A stretch of 38,987 bases of DNA from an uncultured Bacillales bacterium (lineage in GTDB: Bacteria; Bacillota_I; Bacilli_A; RF39; UBA660). A model generated the notes under the pieces. That model was not told where the DNA came from. It saw only the letters and a list, made by a program, of their open reading frames with translations, and did not search any database. Below, in pieces: positions 18,859 through 29,844 of the stretch. Where the stretch lies: contig CAMJTE010000003.1 of assembly GCA_946408655.1 (NCBI GenBank), positions 1 through 38,987 of the forward strand, read 5' to 3'. Position 1 is the first letter of the stretch. Each line of letters begins with the position of its first letter. A program made the translations under genes and the position numbers.

Positions 18859-20433
18859 CTATTTCATAATTAAATTATCAGTACTTATATCATCTTTAGT
18901 AATAGTTATTAGTATTTTCTTTTGTTTATTGTTTTTTACTCTAGATGCGTGCTTTATTATAGTTTTCTCATAAATATTTCTAACAAATCTTGCATTACCA
19001 AAATTCTTAACATTTCTATTTTCGCCTATAATAGTTTTTAGGTATTCAATCGCACTATCCTCTACAATAAATCCACTCTTAGTTGCCATATTTTTAAATA
19101 TCTTAATTAATTCATCAGTTGTATAATCTTCAAATTCTAGTGTATAGCCAATTCTAGATACAATACCTGAATTAGAATCTAAAAACGCTTGCATCTCTTT
19201 AGTGTATCCAGCAAATATTACAACTAACTTATCACGATAGTTTTCCATTGCTTGAATTAAAGTAGCAATAGCTTCATCATTATATGAATTACTATTATCT
19301 ACGGCAAGAGTATATGCTTCGTCTATAAACAAAACTCCATTTAGACTTTTTTCTATAACTGATGCGGTCTTACTAGATGTCTGTCCTACATATTCTGCAA
19401 CCAAATCTTTACTACTTACCTCAATTAATTTATTTTCTTTTATATAACCTAAGTTATAAAGAATACTTGCAACCATTCTTGCAATTGTAGTCTTACCTGT
19501 ACCCGGATTACCTAAAAATACCATATGTAAATTAACATTACTTATATTTAATTTATCTTTAGTTTTATCTTTCAAACTAATTAAATCAACTAATTCTCTT
19601 AATACTTTCTTAACTTTATCAAGGCCTACTAATTCATCAAGTTCACTAAACACCTCATCAATACTTTTATTAGTCTTAATAATAGGTAGTTCATTATTAA
19701 ATGATATATATTTAATTAACTCATTTTGATAGTTATTAAAATCAATTTCTTCAGTATAAGTTTTAGTAATATAATCAAGTAATTCTACTTTCATAGCATC
19801 ACTAATATTTATTTTATTAATTATACTATTATAAATATCTTGAATACTAGGTGATATTCCATCAATACTAAAATTAAAACTATTATTCTTTATATCATCA
19901 TATCCTAAAAAGAAATTAGTAATCTCATCATTATTACCAGATATAACAATAATAGACTCATGATCATTACAAAGTTCTATATTATGCATAAGTAATTTAT
20001 GTGTCTTATCATCTTCTAGATTAATACCACTTAGCTTATTAATATTAATAATACCATACTTTGTAAAATCAATATCTTTGTTCATTTTATACAAAGAATA
20101 GTCTAGATAATCATTATTCTTTGTATAAGAACAATTCTTAATACATAAAGATAATATTTCTATAACATCCTTTATCGTTTTATCACTATTAGAATTAATT
20201 ATCAGTCTAATCGGAATATAAATATCAGTATCATTACATTTATACTTATTCATATAATCAATAATCTTTTTTAATAACTGTTTAGATTCATCTGTTATAT
20301 ATAATGCATCTATTTTAGAAAGTAAGGAAGCATCATCTTCCTTACTTTCATTAGAATTACTAGTTTTCATCTTAGCTACATAATCACCGAAAAAATCACT
20401 ATATATACTATCTAAATAATCCATTTTATTCAT
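18859..20433 (-). CDS. AAA+ ATPase, SpoVK/CbbX-like, with degenerate N-terminal domain
   Basis: LVGLDKVK, HMVFLGNPGTGKTT, LFIDEAY, FAGY, FGNARFVRN. Confidence 0.88.
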   Translation of the reverse strand: MNKMDYLDSIYSDFFGDYVAKMKTSNSNESKEDDASLLSKIDALYITDESKQLLKKIIDYMNKYKCNDTDIYIPIRLIINSNSDKTIKDVIEILSLCIKNCSYTKNNDYLDYSLYKMNKDIDFTKYGIININKLSGINLEDDKTHKLLMHNIELCNDHESIIVISGNNDEITNFFLGYDDIKNNSFNFSIDGISPSIQDIYNSIINKINISDAMKVELLDYITKTYTEEIDFNNYQNELIKYISFNNELPIIKTNKSIDEVFSELDELVGLDKVKKVLRELVDLISLKDKTKDKLNISNVNLHMVFLGNPGTGKTTIARMVASILYNLGYIKENKLIEVSSKDLVAEYVGQTSSKTASVIEKSLNGVLFIDEAYTLAVDNSNSYNDEAIATLIQAMENYRDKLVVIFAGYTKEMQAFLDSNSGIVSRIGYTLEFEDYTTDELIKIFKNMATKSGFIVEDSAIEYLKTIIGENRNVKNFGNARFVRNIYEKTIIKHASRVKNNKQKKILITITKDDISTDNLIMK

Positions 20434-20440
20434 AGCATCA

Positions 20441-21589
20441 CTACTTTTCTACATGTATTTCTAACATTTTATCTTTTAATTCTTTTTCAATACTCTCTAA
20501 AGTCTTTTCAGCCTCAGCCCTCTTAATACGACCATTCTCATGAATTTCAATAACTTTATCTAATGTTTCAATTAAATTCTGATTAGTTTTCTGTAATGTT
20601 TCAATATTAACAATCGCTTTTTCAGACTCTTCAGCTATATCAATTGAACCTTGTTTTAAAGTCTCACTATTCTTAACTAACATTTCATTAGTAAGCTTAG
20701 ATACTTCTTGTTGTGTTTTCAAAGCCTTCTTTGCATTGTTAATCCCTAAAGCAAGAACCATTTGATTCTTCCATAAAGGAATAGTATTAGTAATAGAACT
20801 TTGAATCTTCTCAACTAACTCAGCTTCATTATTTTGTAACAATCTAATTTGTGGAGCCATTTGAATAGATATAATTCTAGTTGTCTTTAAATCATAAATT
20901 TTCTTCTCAAATCTATTAATTAGATTATCCATATCATTTACTTTCTGAATATCTAATTGTTCCCCACTTTTTTCTGCTTTAGCTTTTAATTCAGGTAATA
21001 CTTTATTTCTTAACTCATCAAGTTTTCTATCTCCTGCAATTATATATAAAGATATCTCTTTAAAATATTCTAAGTTCTTATCATACATAGTATCAAAGAT
21101 ACTAATATCTTTAAGCATTTGTAATTTATCTTTTTCTAAACTACCTTCAATAGTATCAATATTTTTCTCAATCTTACTATATCTAGCAATTATATAATCA
21201 ACTTCTTTTTTAGCATTACTAAATAATTTAGCAAAAAATCCCTTTTTCTTAGTACCAGCTATATCTGCATCATAAGATTTAATTTGACTAACTAGATCAG
21301 CAAGTAAATCTCCTACCTCTCCAGTATTCTTAGTCTTAACATCTTCAAGAATACTATCAGAAAACTTAGATATTTTATCTTGCGCAGCCGCACCAAATTG
21401 TAATACCTGAGTAGCATCCTCAATATCTATTTTACTATTAAATTCATCAACTGCTTTCTTCTCTTCTGCACTTAATAAATCATAATTTAAAGATTCCTCA
21501 ATCTTTTCTTCGGTAACATTCTCATTAACTAACTCTTTAACCTCTTTTTCATCTAAACTCTTTTCTACTTTTAATTCTAATCCATTCAT
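20441..21589 (-). CDS. Toxic anion resistance protein (TelA/YaaN family)
   Basis: QFGAAAQ, QMAPQIRLLQNN, TIPLWKNQMVLALG. Confidence 0.93.
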   Translation of the reverse strand: MNGLELKVEKSLDEKEVKELVNENVTEEKIEESLNYDLLSAEEKKAVDEFNSKIDIEDATQVLQFGAAAQDKISKFSDSILEDVKTKNTGEVGDLLADLVSQIKSYDADIAGTKKKGFFAKLFSNAKKEVDYIIARYSKIEKNIDTIEGSLEKDKLQMLKDISIFDTMYDKNLEYFKEISLYIIAGDRKLDELRNKVLPELKAKAEKSGEQLDIQKVNDMDNLINRFEKKIYDLKTTRIISIQMAPQIRLLQNNEAELVEKIQSSITNTIPLWKNQMVLALGINNAKKALKTQQEVSKLTNEMLVKNSETLKQGSIDIAEESEKAIVNIETLQKTNQNLIETLDKVIEIHENGRIKRAEAEKTLESIEKELKDKMLEIHVEK

Positions 21590-21622
21590 AAATTCTCCTT
21601 CTTTCTTTAACTCTAATTAAAA

Positions 21623-22816
21623 CTATTGTTTCAAATAATCAATTAACTGATTATATACATCCATCTTTAAACTTGTAACAGTACTAGTTATACTTTTAGG
21701 AATACCTATACCAATATCTTTAACATCATAATTTCCACCTGTAATACCAGTTCTAAAACCATATTTTTCAAAAGCTATTTGCTGAATCTTTTTATCTTCT
21801 AATGCTTTATATAACTTAAAACCATTCTCACTAAATACGGTAAAACAATGTGAATTCCAGATTGTAGGTGTTGGATAAAGTACTCTAATTTCATCTTTTA
21901 CCTGATTAAAAGCATCAGGAGAAGAATTCGCAAAATCTATCATACTTTTTTCATAATCTACAATCATAGGTTCTCCACCCATACCAGTTTTTAAATATCT
22001 TTCAAATAAATCAGCAGGAGTGTTATTCATATAGCCCGATTTAATATAAAATTCTTTTAGTTTAGGTAAATTTGCATCTATATTATCACTAGTGACTTGT
22101 CCACCACTTAATATTGATAATAATAATCCATAATAAGTAGCTCCAGGAGATGATGATACTGGATCTGTGGATGCAATATTAATAGTTCCATATAAATCAG
22201 TAAGTCCTATATCAGACCAACTCTTACCTTCTAGAATATAACTAATTAGTTTATTCATATCAGTTATATAATATATTCCCTCATTATTAGTAACTATACC
22301 CTCATTAATTAAAGCATCAACTACTTTACTCCAACTATATATTACTATTGGAGTATTAAGCGTAAGTCCACCATCTAATACAGTATATCTATCAGCTTCA
22401 CCTGCTTCTTTATTAGGAGTAAGTTTATAATAATCATAAAATCTTTGATCTGATGTAAAGAGAGCATCGTACTTAGATACACCATCAGATAAAACCGAAT
22501 ACTCTTTACCACTGGCAATATTATTTATTATATTACTATTTCCAAGACCAACAGTTTCTCTAATAAGTGGTAGGTTTATAGTTTTACCATTACTCCAAGT
22601 ATCAAACACCGGATTAATATGATATTTATTTTTAAGTATTTTAATTACCTCTTCATCTGATAAGAAATCTTCTTTACCTCCACCAGTTGCCACATACACA
22701 TCAACCATTTTTTTACCACCTATATTGCCACTATCTCCAATATTCTTAATAACAATAATAAGTATTATAAGTACAATAAATATTCCAATTCCTATAAATA
22801 ACTTCTTATTTTTCAT
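21623..22816 (-). CDS. Membrane-anchored solute-binding-fold (PBP-II-like) protein
   Basis: N-terminal TM; NTPIVIYSW, STDPVSSSPG, YPTPTIWNSH. Confidence 0.65.
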   Translation of the reverse strand: MKNKKLFIGIGIFIVLIILIIVIKNIGDSGNIGGKKMVDVYVATGGGKEDFLSDEEVIKILKNKYHINPVFDTWSNGKTINLPLIRETVGLGNSNIINNIASGKEYSVLSDGVSKYDALFTSDQRFYDYYKLTPNKEAGEADRYTVLDGGLTLNTPIVIYSWSKVVDALINEGIVTNNEGIYYITDMNKLISYILEGKSWSDIGLTDLYGTINIASTDPVSSSPGATYYGLLLSILSGGQVTSDNIDANLPKLKEFYIKSGYMNNTPADLFERYLKTGMGGEPMIVDYEKSMIDFANSSPDAFNQVKDEIRVLYPTPTIWNSHCFTVFSENGFKLYKALEDKKIQQIAFEKYGFRTGITGGNYDVKDIGIGIPKSITSTVTSLKMDVYNQLIDYLKQ

Positions 22817-23435
22817 TCTTTACTCCCTTCATAATTGAATCACCCGAAGTAATACCATCTGCATTCATCATCATATCATATATTTTCATTTCAGCATCAG
22901 CATCCATAATATCTTTTTGATATAAAGACGCAAGTATTGTATCAAAAGCATCTTTAGTATTCTTAATCATTAGATTTGCCTTCTTCATAAAACTCTTCCC
23001 TTCACTTGATACAAGGCGTTGATTTTCAATCTCATCATACCTATCAGTAATTTTAACTAATACTGGCAGGTAATACTCAAAGAAATTTTTAATATTTTTT
23101 TCTTTTCTAGGATTTTTCTCAATTTCTTTAATTATCTTATCAACTGTATCGTGGATGTGGTTTAAACAATCTCTAATTTCCATACTATCTATCTTAGGTA
23201 TTAAATTAATAATTTGTTTATTTTCTCTTTTGGCTTTAGTTAATTTTTCATATAAAGTAATATTAGTAGTTTTTAAAGTCTCTTTAGGTTTAAAACTAGA
23301 AAACACTAGTTCACTAGCTGTAAATGCTGCCGCACCTATCGCAACTGCAGGAATAATTGGGGTTGCAAGAGCGACATAAGGGACCGCAAAGAAGGCACTT
23401 CCGAGTGCAGCTGAAACTAAATCTTTACCCTTCAT
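22806..23435 (-). CDS. XpaC (5-bromo-4-chloroindolyl phosphate hydrolysis) family protein
   Basis: N-terminal TMs, FFEYYLPVLVKITDRY, DADAEM motif; TelA neighbour. Confidence 0.8.
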   Translation of the reverse strand: MKGKDLVSAALGSAFFAVPYVALATPIIPAVAIGAAAFTASELVFSSFKPKETLKTTNITLYEKLTKAKRENKQIINLIPKIDSMEIRDCLNHIHDTVDKIIKEIEKNPRKEKNIKNFFEYYLPVLVKITDRYDEIENQRLVSSEGKSFMKKANLMIKNTKDAFDTILASLYQKDIMDADAEMKIYDMMMNADGITSGDSIMKGVKNEK

Positions 23436-25024
23436 TAGTTATAACTCCTAACTTCCATGAATGCTTCTTTTAATCCCGATTTCCCATCAAACACTTTTCC
23501 GTTAGTAAGTCTAGCCACTTTATTAAGTTCATATTCCGAAGAATCGCCAAAAGTAATACTATATATTGGAATCGAAGATTTACTACTCTTATAATACCTT
23601 TCTAAATCACGGTAAGTACCAACATTAGACATACCATCAGTCATTAATATTACAGTTTTAGTGTACTCATTTGAATCATCTTTATTTAATATCTTCAATG
23701 CTTCAACACTTGTATCATAGATATTAGTAGCACCACCTGCATCAAGACTATTAATAATACTTATAACGGAATCTGTATCATCACCCATCTTAGTATCATA
23801 TACCTTATATTTATCATCAAATGCAATAATAGTTATTTTATCAAGAGATGAAAACTGTAATTTATCCTTAGATGCAGTTTCATAATTAAGAATATAATTC
23901 ATTGCTTCTTTTAAAGTATCAAGTCCTGTTCCATACATACTACCAGATATATCTAAACAAAATACAACGTGAGTTGGCTTTCTTAATTTTTCAATATATA
24001 AATTAATAGCCTCACTCATAACTTTCTTGCTAGGATACTTCATATCCTTTAAATACTTAGTAGTGTCAATTCCCCAATCAGGATTAAATATACTCTTATC
24101 CGTACTCTCTTTAACACCACCATACCAAGAACGATAACCTAACTTCTCCATTTTAGAAATTGCTTCATCACTTCTTAAATACTCTTGAATTTTAATAAAT
24201 TTATCTTTCTTATCTTTATCATTTAAATCATTATTTATATAAGCTAGTGGCATATCATTAATCGCAACACCATCTTTAGGATAAATTAAATATAACGGTT
24301 CTTTTCCTTTGCTTACTCTTTTTTTATTTAAGTTAATTAATGTGCTTTCATAGTTAAACATGGCATTATAGTCACCATTTTCATACATCTTAAGTAAATA
24401 ATCTTCATCACCAGATACTCTTTCAACGCCTTTAAATAAATCCTTTAAATCATTAACTAAAGTATCGTTAGAAAGGTGCTGGCTAGTTAATACCTCAGGA
24501 GAACCTGCTAAACTATTTAAGAAACTTAAATAAGTAGTAGCACCGGTATTAGTCTTAGTAACAGAAGACATAACATATTTTAGATTGCCATTTCTAACAC
24601 TATCTAAAATATCTTTATTATATACATCCTTACCAACAAACCCTAATTCTTCAGCTTTACTCTTTTCAATTCCAAGAACAACAGGATCAATAAAAGTAGA
24701 CTTACTATCAGTTATAATACTACTATTATCAAGATTATATAACCATATAGAATTAGAAATCCACACTGCATCATACTTACTTGCATCATCATTTAATATA
24801 TCTACAATCTCTAAATCTCCATAGTAATCAATAGATACATTAAAACCTTCCTTCTTCGCACACTTCTTAATATAACTTTCCATCCCTCTAGTTGAACTAG
24901 AAGCAATAATTTTAAAATTATTCTTACTCTTACCACCATTAAAACAACTATTAATAATAACAAAAATAACTACAAAGAAAATCATAATCCTTATAAAACT
25001 CTTCAAAGACTTATAATCAGTCAC
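23435..25024 (-). CDS. Solute-binding domain + C-terminal vWA domain protein
   Basis: TM anchor, DAVWISNSIW; MIDAS DISGS...T...MTDG. Confidence 0.88.
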   Translation of the reverse strand: MTDYKSLKSFIRIMIFFVVIFVIINSCFNGGKSKNNFKIIASSSTRGMESYIKKCAKKEGFNVSIDYYGDLEIVDILNDDASKYDAVWISNSIWLYNLDNSSIITDSKSTFIDPVVLGIEKSKAEELGFVGKDVYNKDILDSVRNGNLKYVMSSVTKTNTGATTYLSFLNSLAGSPEVLTSQHLSNDTLVNDLKDLFKGVERVSGDEDYLLKMYENGDYNAMFNYESTLINLNKKRVSKGKEPLYLIYPKDGVAINDMPLAYINNDLNDKDKKDKFIKIQEYLRSDEAISKMEKLGYRSWYGGVKESTDKSIFNPDWGIDTTKYLKDMKYPSKKVMSEAINLYIEKLRKPTHVVFCLDISGSMYGTGLDTLKEAMNYILNYETASKDKLQFSSLDKITIIAFDDKYKVYDTKMGDDTDSVISIINSLDAGGATNIYDTSVEALKILNKDDSNEYTKTVILMTDGMSNVGTYRDLERYYKSSKSSIPIYSITFGDSSEYELNKVARLTNGKVFDGKSGLKEAFMEVRSYN

Positions 25025-25090
25025 ATACTCACCTTCTATCTACTTATTATAATACCATAAATACTAAATAATGACAATCACTCCAAAAGA

Positions 25091-25113
25091 AAAAATCAAG
25101 CATATGCTTGAAT
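25091..25113 (-). terminator. Terminator after tig
   Basis: TCAAGCA-ta-TGCTTGA stem with T tail on the minus strand. Confidence 0.55.
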
Positions 25114-25115
25114 TT

Positions 25116-26375
25116 TTATTCACCTTTAATTATATCAAATACTCTTGTTACCTTTAGATCATAACTGATATAATCTAAGTTATTATCATATTGTTTTTTT
25201 ACTTCTTCTTTAGTCATATTGTATTTATTTGCAAGTTCTTCTACTTTAGCTTCAACTTCTTCATCAGTTACTTCTATTTTTTCAACTTCTATTATTTTTT
25301 CAATAATTAATCTATTTTTAATTCTCTTTAAAGCTTCATCTTTATATTCTTCTCTTATTTTGTCTTCTGATGAATTTGTTATTTGATAGAATTGTTCAAT
25401 AGTAATACCTTGCATCATAATATGTTCTTTGAAGTGTTCTAACATATGAGTAACCTCATCATCAACCATAGTATATGGAATATCTACTTCTGAATTTTCA
25501 GCAATCTTCACAAGTAATTCATCTATATATTTATCATCTGCCCTAGCTTCTTTACGAGTTTTAATATTCTCTTTTACTTGTGCTTCTAGCTTTTCTTTAG
25601 AATCTATTCCTTCCATATTTAAATCATCAAAGAAATCTTGATCTAATTCAGGTAGCACTGTTTGTTTTACTTCATGAATTTTAACTTTAAATACCACAGG
25701 TTCTCCTGCTAAATCTTCTGCATGATAATCCTCAGGGAAGGATACATTAACATCTACCTCATCCCCTGATTTATGTCCAATAAGTTGATCTTCAAATCCT
25801 GGAATAAATGTATTAGAACCAATTGTAAGTGAGTAGTTTTCACTTTTTCCGCCTTCAAAAGCCACACCATCTTTAAATCCTTCAAAATCAATTACTGCAA
25901 TATCTCCAGACTCTATCTTACCATCTTTAATAACGATTTCTTTATAGTCTTCCCTCATATGTTTAATTTCATGTTCAACTTCTTCTTTAGTTACTTTTAC
26001 TTCATCCTTCTTAACATCTAGTTTTTTATATTTACCAAGTTTAACTTCAGGTTTTAAAGTTAAAGTAAATACATATTCAATAAACTTCTCATCTGAAGTT
26101 CTAATATCTAATATAGGTTGAGATACAATTTGTAAATCTTTATTTTCTTCTATCATTTTATTATAAGCTTTATCTACACATATATTAGCTGCTTCATAGA
26201 ATAATGATTCTACACCAAAATGTTTTAAAAATATATTTTTAGGTGCTTTACCTTTTCTAAATCCATCAATAGTCTTAGTAGCATTAATTTTCTTAAATGC
26301 TTTATCTAATGCATCGCTCCAATCCTTACCTTCTATTTTTACTATAACTTCTTTTAAATTCTTACTTTTTTCCAT
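25116..26375 (-). CDS. tig: Trigger factor
   Basis: GFRKGKAP signature; FKBP domain FIPGFEDQLIG. Confidence 0.97.
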   Translation of the reverse strand: MEKSKNLKEVIVKIEGKDWSDALDKAFKKINATKTIDGFRKGKAPKNIFLKHFGVESLFYEAANICVDKAYNKMIEENKDLQIVSQPILDIRTSDEKFIEYVFTLTLKPEVKLGKYKKLDVKKDEVKVTKEEVEHEIKHMREDYKEIVIKDGKIESGDIAVIDFEGFKDGVAFEGGKSENYSLTIGSNTFIPGFEDQLIGHKSGDEVDVNVSFPEDYHAEDLAGEPVVFKVKIHEVKQTVLPELDQDFFDDLNMEGIDSKEKLEAQVKENIKTRKEARADDKYIDELLVKIAENSEVDIPYTMVDDEVTHMLEHFKEHIMMQGITIEQFYQITNSSEDKIREEYKDEALKRIKNRLIIEKIIEVEKIEVTDEEVEAKVEELANKYNMTKEEVKKQYDNNLDYISYDLKVTRVFDIIKGE

Positions 26376-26417
26376 AATTACCTCCAACGTCTATATAGTA
26401 TATAATAAATATTTATT

Positions 26418-27056
26418 TTAATCAAGCGTTTTTTTTATCTTTTGTATCTGTTCCTCATAATCATCACTGCTAGTTATAAAACTACCTACAACTAATATAT
26501 CAGCATTAATACATAGTTTTGATGTAATATCATTAACTCCACCATCTACTTCTATTAAGTATGAATAATTCTTCTCTTTTCTAATTTTATCTAATTCATT
26601 AATTTTAACTGGACTATCGTAAATAAACTCCTGACCACCTTTACCAGGTTTCACACTCATAACAAGCACTAAATCCAAGTATGGTAGTAAATCTACAATC
26701 TCCTCTACTTTAGTATCTGGTTTAATAGACATACCTACCTTAATACCACAAGACTTAATAAAATCTATAACATCTCTATGATTATCCACTGCTTCATAGT
26801 GAAATGTAATAATTACTGGTTTTAACTCTCTATATAAATCAATATATTTTTTAACATCACTTACCATCAAATGTACATCAAGCGGAGTATTACAAGCACT
26901 AAGCAATTCTTCATACACATCATAGCTAACAGAATTATTATCAACAAAAATTCCATCCATAACATCAACATGCATAAAATCAGTGGATGTTAAATCTAAT
27001 TTTTTTAAGCTATTTTCTAAATCATCTTTAATAGATAATATAGATGTTGAAATCAT
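26418..27056 (-). CDS. rpe: Ribulose-phosphate 3-epimerase
   Basis: HVDVMDG, DVHLMV, VMSVKPG.GGQ, EVDGG. Confidence 0.95.
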   Translation of the reverse strand: MISTSILSIKDDLENSLKKLDLTSTDFMHVDVMDGIFVDNNSVSYDVYEELLSACNTPLDVHLMVSDVKKYIDLYRELKPVIITFHYEAVDNHRDVIDFIKSCGIKVGMSIKPDTKVEEIVDLLPYLDLVLVMSVKPGKGGQEFIYDSPVKINELDKIRKEKNYSYLIEVDGGVNDITSKLCINADILVVGSFITSSDDYEEQIQKIKKTLD

Positions 27057-27057
27057 A

Positions 27058-27894
27058 TTACACACCTCTAGTTTCTACTTCTTTAATAAACTTAATATAA
27101 TTATCATATCTTGCTTTCAATATATTCTTATCAATTTGTTTTTTTATTTCACATTCATCTTCTTTATTATGCATACAATCTTTATAACGACACAATTCGC
27201 GATATTTATTAAACTCAATAAAATTATCTCTAATATCTTCCTTAGTCATTCCGATAAATGATATTTTAGAAAAACCTGGAGTATCAGCTATAAGTCCATC
27301 TAATGTTTCAATCAATTCTACATGACGCGTTGTATGTCTACCTCTACCAAGTGCTTCTGATACCTCTCCAGTTATCAAAGATAAATTACTATCTAATTTG
27401 TTTAACAACGTAGATTTACCAGCCCCACTTTGTCCGACAAAGACTGTTACTTTATCTTTAAATACTTCTTTAATTGTAAGATCAGTATATACTTTATATC
27501 CGATACTACGATAATAATCTAAAATTTTATTTAAATTATTTATTTCTATATCAGTTAATAAATCTATCTTTGATACATAAATAATTGGTTTAATATTATT
27601 ATATTCAATAATACATAATAATTTATCAAGCAACTCTAAAGAGAATTCCGGTATCTTATTACTCGCAACAATAACTGCTTGATCTACATTAGAAATACTA
27701 GGTCTAACAAGTTCATTACATCTTGGTAAAATTTCTAGCAATAATTTATTATCAGGGTCAATTAAGGCATTATCACCAACAAGTGGTGTAATGCCATCAT
27801 GCTTAAATTTACCTCTCGCTTTACAAATATATAAATTATTATCTACCTTAACTGTATAATCATTACTTATTTGTTTAACTATCTTTCCAATCAT
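27058..27894 (-). CDS. rsgA: Ribosome small subunit-dependent GTPase A
   Basis: GQSGAGKS, GRHTTRH, DTPGFS, C-terminal Zn finger. Confidence 0.96.
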   Translation of the reverse strand: MIGKIVKQISNDYTVKVDNNLYICKARGKFKHDGITPLVGDNALIDPDNKLLLEILPRCNELVRPSISNVDQAVIVASNKIPEFSLELLDKLLCIIEYNNIKPIIYVSKIDLLTDIEINNLNKILDYYRSIGYKVYTDLTIKEVFKDKVTVFVGQSGAGKSTLLNKLDSNLSLITGEVSEALGRGRHTTRHVELIETLDGLIADTPGFSKISFIGMTKEDIRDNFIEFNKYRELCRYKDCMHNKEDECEIKKQIDKNILKARYDNYIKFIKEVETRGV

Positions 27895-27903
27895 AAACTC
27901 TAT

Positions 27904-29844
27904 TTAACTATTTTCCTTTTCTGTATCATCTGTAGTTGGATTAGTAGGCTTTGTATCATCACTCTTACAACTCCATTTAGCAACCAATGTAGTATCACTA
28001 GTAATCTTAGTATCAAAGTAAAATCTATTACCATTAAGCATCCAATATTCAAACTCACAATTTTTCTTAGTTGGATTACTTCTTGGTTCAGATGCAGTTT
28101 TATTATATTCAACAGTTTGACTAGCAATATTTCCAGTGCCACCATCTAAACTAAATGATACAGTTAAACTTTTAGCCTTAGCAGTAGTTATTTTTAATGT
28201 ATCATTACTATTAACCTCACTACCAGCAGTTTTACTTTGTTCAATTATTGAACCTGGTTCTTTAGAAGTTGATTCTTTCTCATCAAAAGTACAATTAATC
28301 TTATTATCACTACAGAATGTATTTACATCATCTTTAGTATATTTACCATTAGTAAAATCAGGATATACAGTAATAAGTGTTGCATATGTTAACTCAATTG
28401 CATCTCCCTTAGTTAACTTCTCTCCTGCTTTAATACTTTGTTCAATAATAGTATTTTCTTTATAATTACCACTCTTATCAACCTTTTTAGCAGTAACTAC
28501 AACACTAACACCAGCATCTTCTAATTTTTTCTTTACAGTATCGATATTCATACCTGTATAATCTTCAACAGTAATTTGTTTTTTTCCTTTAGATACCGTA
28601 ATAGTAACAGTACTTCCCTTTTTAGCTTTACTCTTTTCTTTAGGATCAACCTTAGTTACAATATTCTTTTTGTATTTATCACTATATTCACTTTTCTCTT
28701 TAACTTTAAATCCTAAATCTTCAAGGACTTCTTTAGCATCAGATTTCTTTTCACCTACAATATCATTTGGAATAGTAATTTGTTTACTTGATAACTTACC
28801 AGCTATAACTGCAATTATAATACCTAACACTAGTACACCAGCAACTATTCCTAGTATTATCATAATCTTTTTAAAATTCTTATTCTCTTTAGCCTCATCT
28901 ATAGATTCATCATCAGTATCTTCTTTAATATTCTTAAGTCTACTTAAATTAGGCATAACTTTAGTTTCATCTAAATCATTTTCTGGATACTGATAAGTAA
29001 TTCTCTTCTCATCACTTCGAACTGGATCTAGACAAGTTTTAATATCTTCAAACATTTCACGAGCATTTTCATATCTATTTTTAGGATTTTTAGCGCATGC
29101 TCTAAGTACTACATTCTCAACGCTCTGTGGAATATCTGGAGAAATACTTCTTACCGAAGGGATTTGCTCACGCATTTGCTTAATAGCTATCTCAACAGCA
29201 TTTTCCCCTTTAAAAGGAAGCTTTCCTGTAAGAAGTTCAAACATTAAAATACCAAGTGAATATATATCACTTTTTATAGTAGAACCGCTGCCACTAGCTT
29301 GTTCTGGAGGCAAATAATGTACTGAGCCCATTACGGAATTGGTTTGTGTAAGTTCATTATTATTAAGGGCCATTGCAATACCAAAATCAGTAATCTTAAC
29401 TCGACCATCTTCTAAAATCATAACATTTTGTGGCTTAATATCACGATGAATAATATAACTATCATGAGCACACGATACAGCCGATGTTAATTGTAACATT
29501 ATATCTATTACTTCTTCTAAAGTAAGAATACCACGTTTTTTTATTAAACTTTTTAATGTCTTACCATTTATATATTCCATTACTATAAAGTATTTACCGT
29601 CATCTTCGCCAACATCATATACCTCAACGATATTTGGATGCTTTAGTGAACTAGCTGAATTCGCTTCACGTTGAAATCTACGAACAAATTTCTCATCTTC
29701 TGCAAGATCACCTCTTAATATTTTTACTGCTACTTCACGTTCTAAAATTGTGTCAAACGCTAAATATACATTAGCCATTCCACCTTCGCCAATTGATTTA
29801 ATTATCTTATAGCGATTATCGATTAATTGTCCCTTAATTATCAT
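27904..29844 (-). CDS. pknB: PASTA-domain Ser/Thr kinase (PrkC/Stk1) with C-terminal InlB B-repeat-like domain
   Basis: GEGGMANVY, HRDIKPQN, DFG; TM; about 3 PASTA repeats. Confidence 0.95.
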   Translation of the reverse strand: MIIKGQLIDNRYKIIKSIGEGGMANVYLAFDTILEREVAVKILRGDLAEDEKFVRRFQREANSASSLKHPNIVEVYDVGEDDGKYFIVMEYINGKTLKSLIKKRGILTLEEVIDIMLQLTSAVSCAHDSYIIHRDIKPQNVMILEDGRVKITDFGIAMALNNNELTQTNSVMGSVHYLPPEQASGSGSTIKSDIYSLGILMFELLTGKLPFKGENAVEIAIKQMREQIPSVRSISPDIPQSVENVVLRACAKNPKNRYENAREMFEDIKTCLDPVRSDEKRITYQYPENDLDETKVMPNLSRLKNIKEDTDDESIDEAKENKNFKKIMIILGIVAGVLVLGIIIAVIAGKLSSKQITIPNDIVGEKKSDAKEVLEDLGFKVKEKSEYSDKYKKNIVTKVDPKEKSKAKKGSTVTITVSKGKKQITVEDYTGMNIDTVKKKLEDAGVSVVVTAKKVDKSGNYKENTIIEQSIKAGEKLTKGDAIELTYATLITVYPDFTNGKYTKDDVNTFCSDNKINCTFDEKESTSKEPGSIIEQSKTAGSEVNSNDTLKITTAKAKSLTVSFSLDGGTGNIASQTVEYNKTASEPRSNPTKKNCEFEYWMLNGNRFYFDTKITSDTTLVAKWSCKSDDTKPTNPTTDDTEKENS

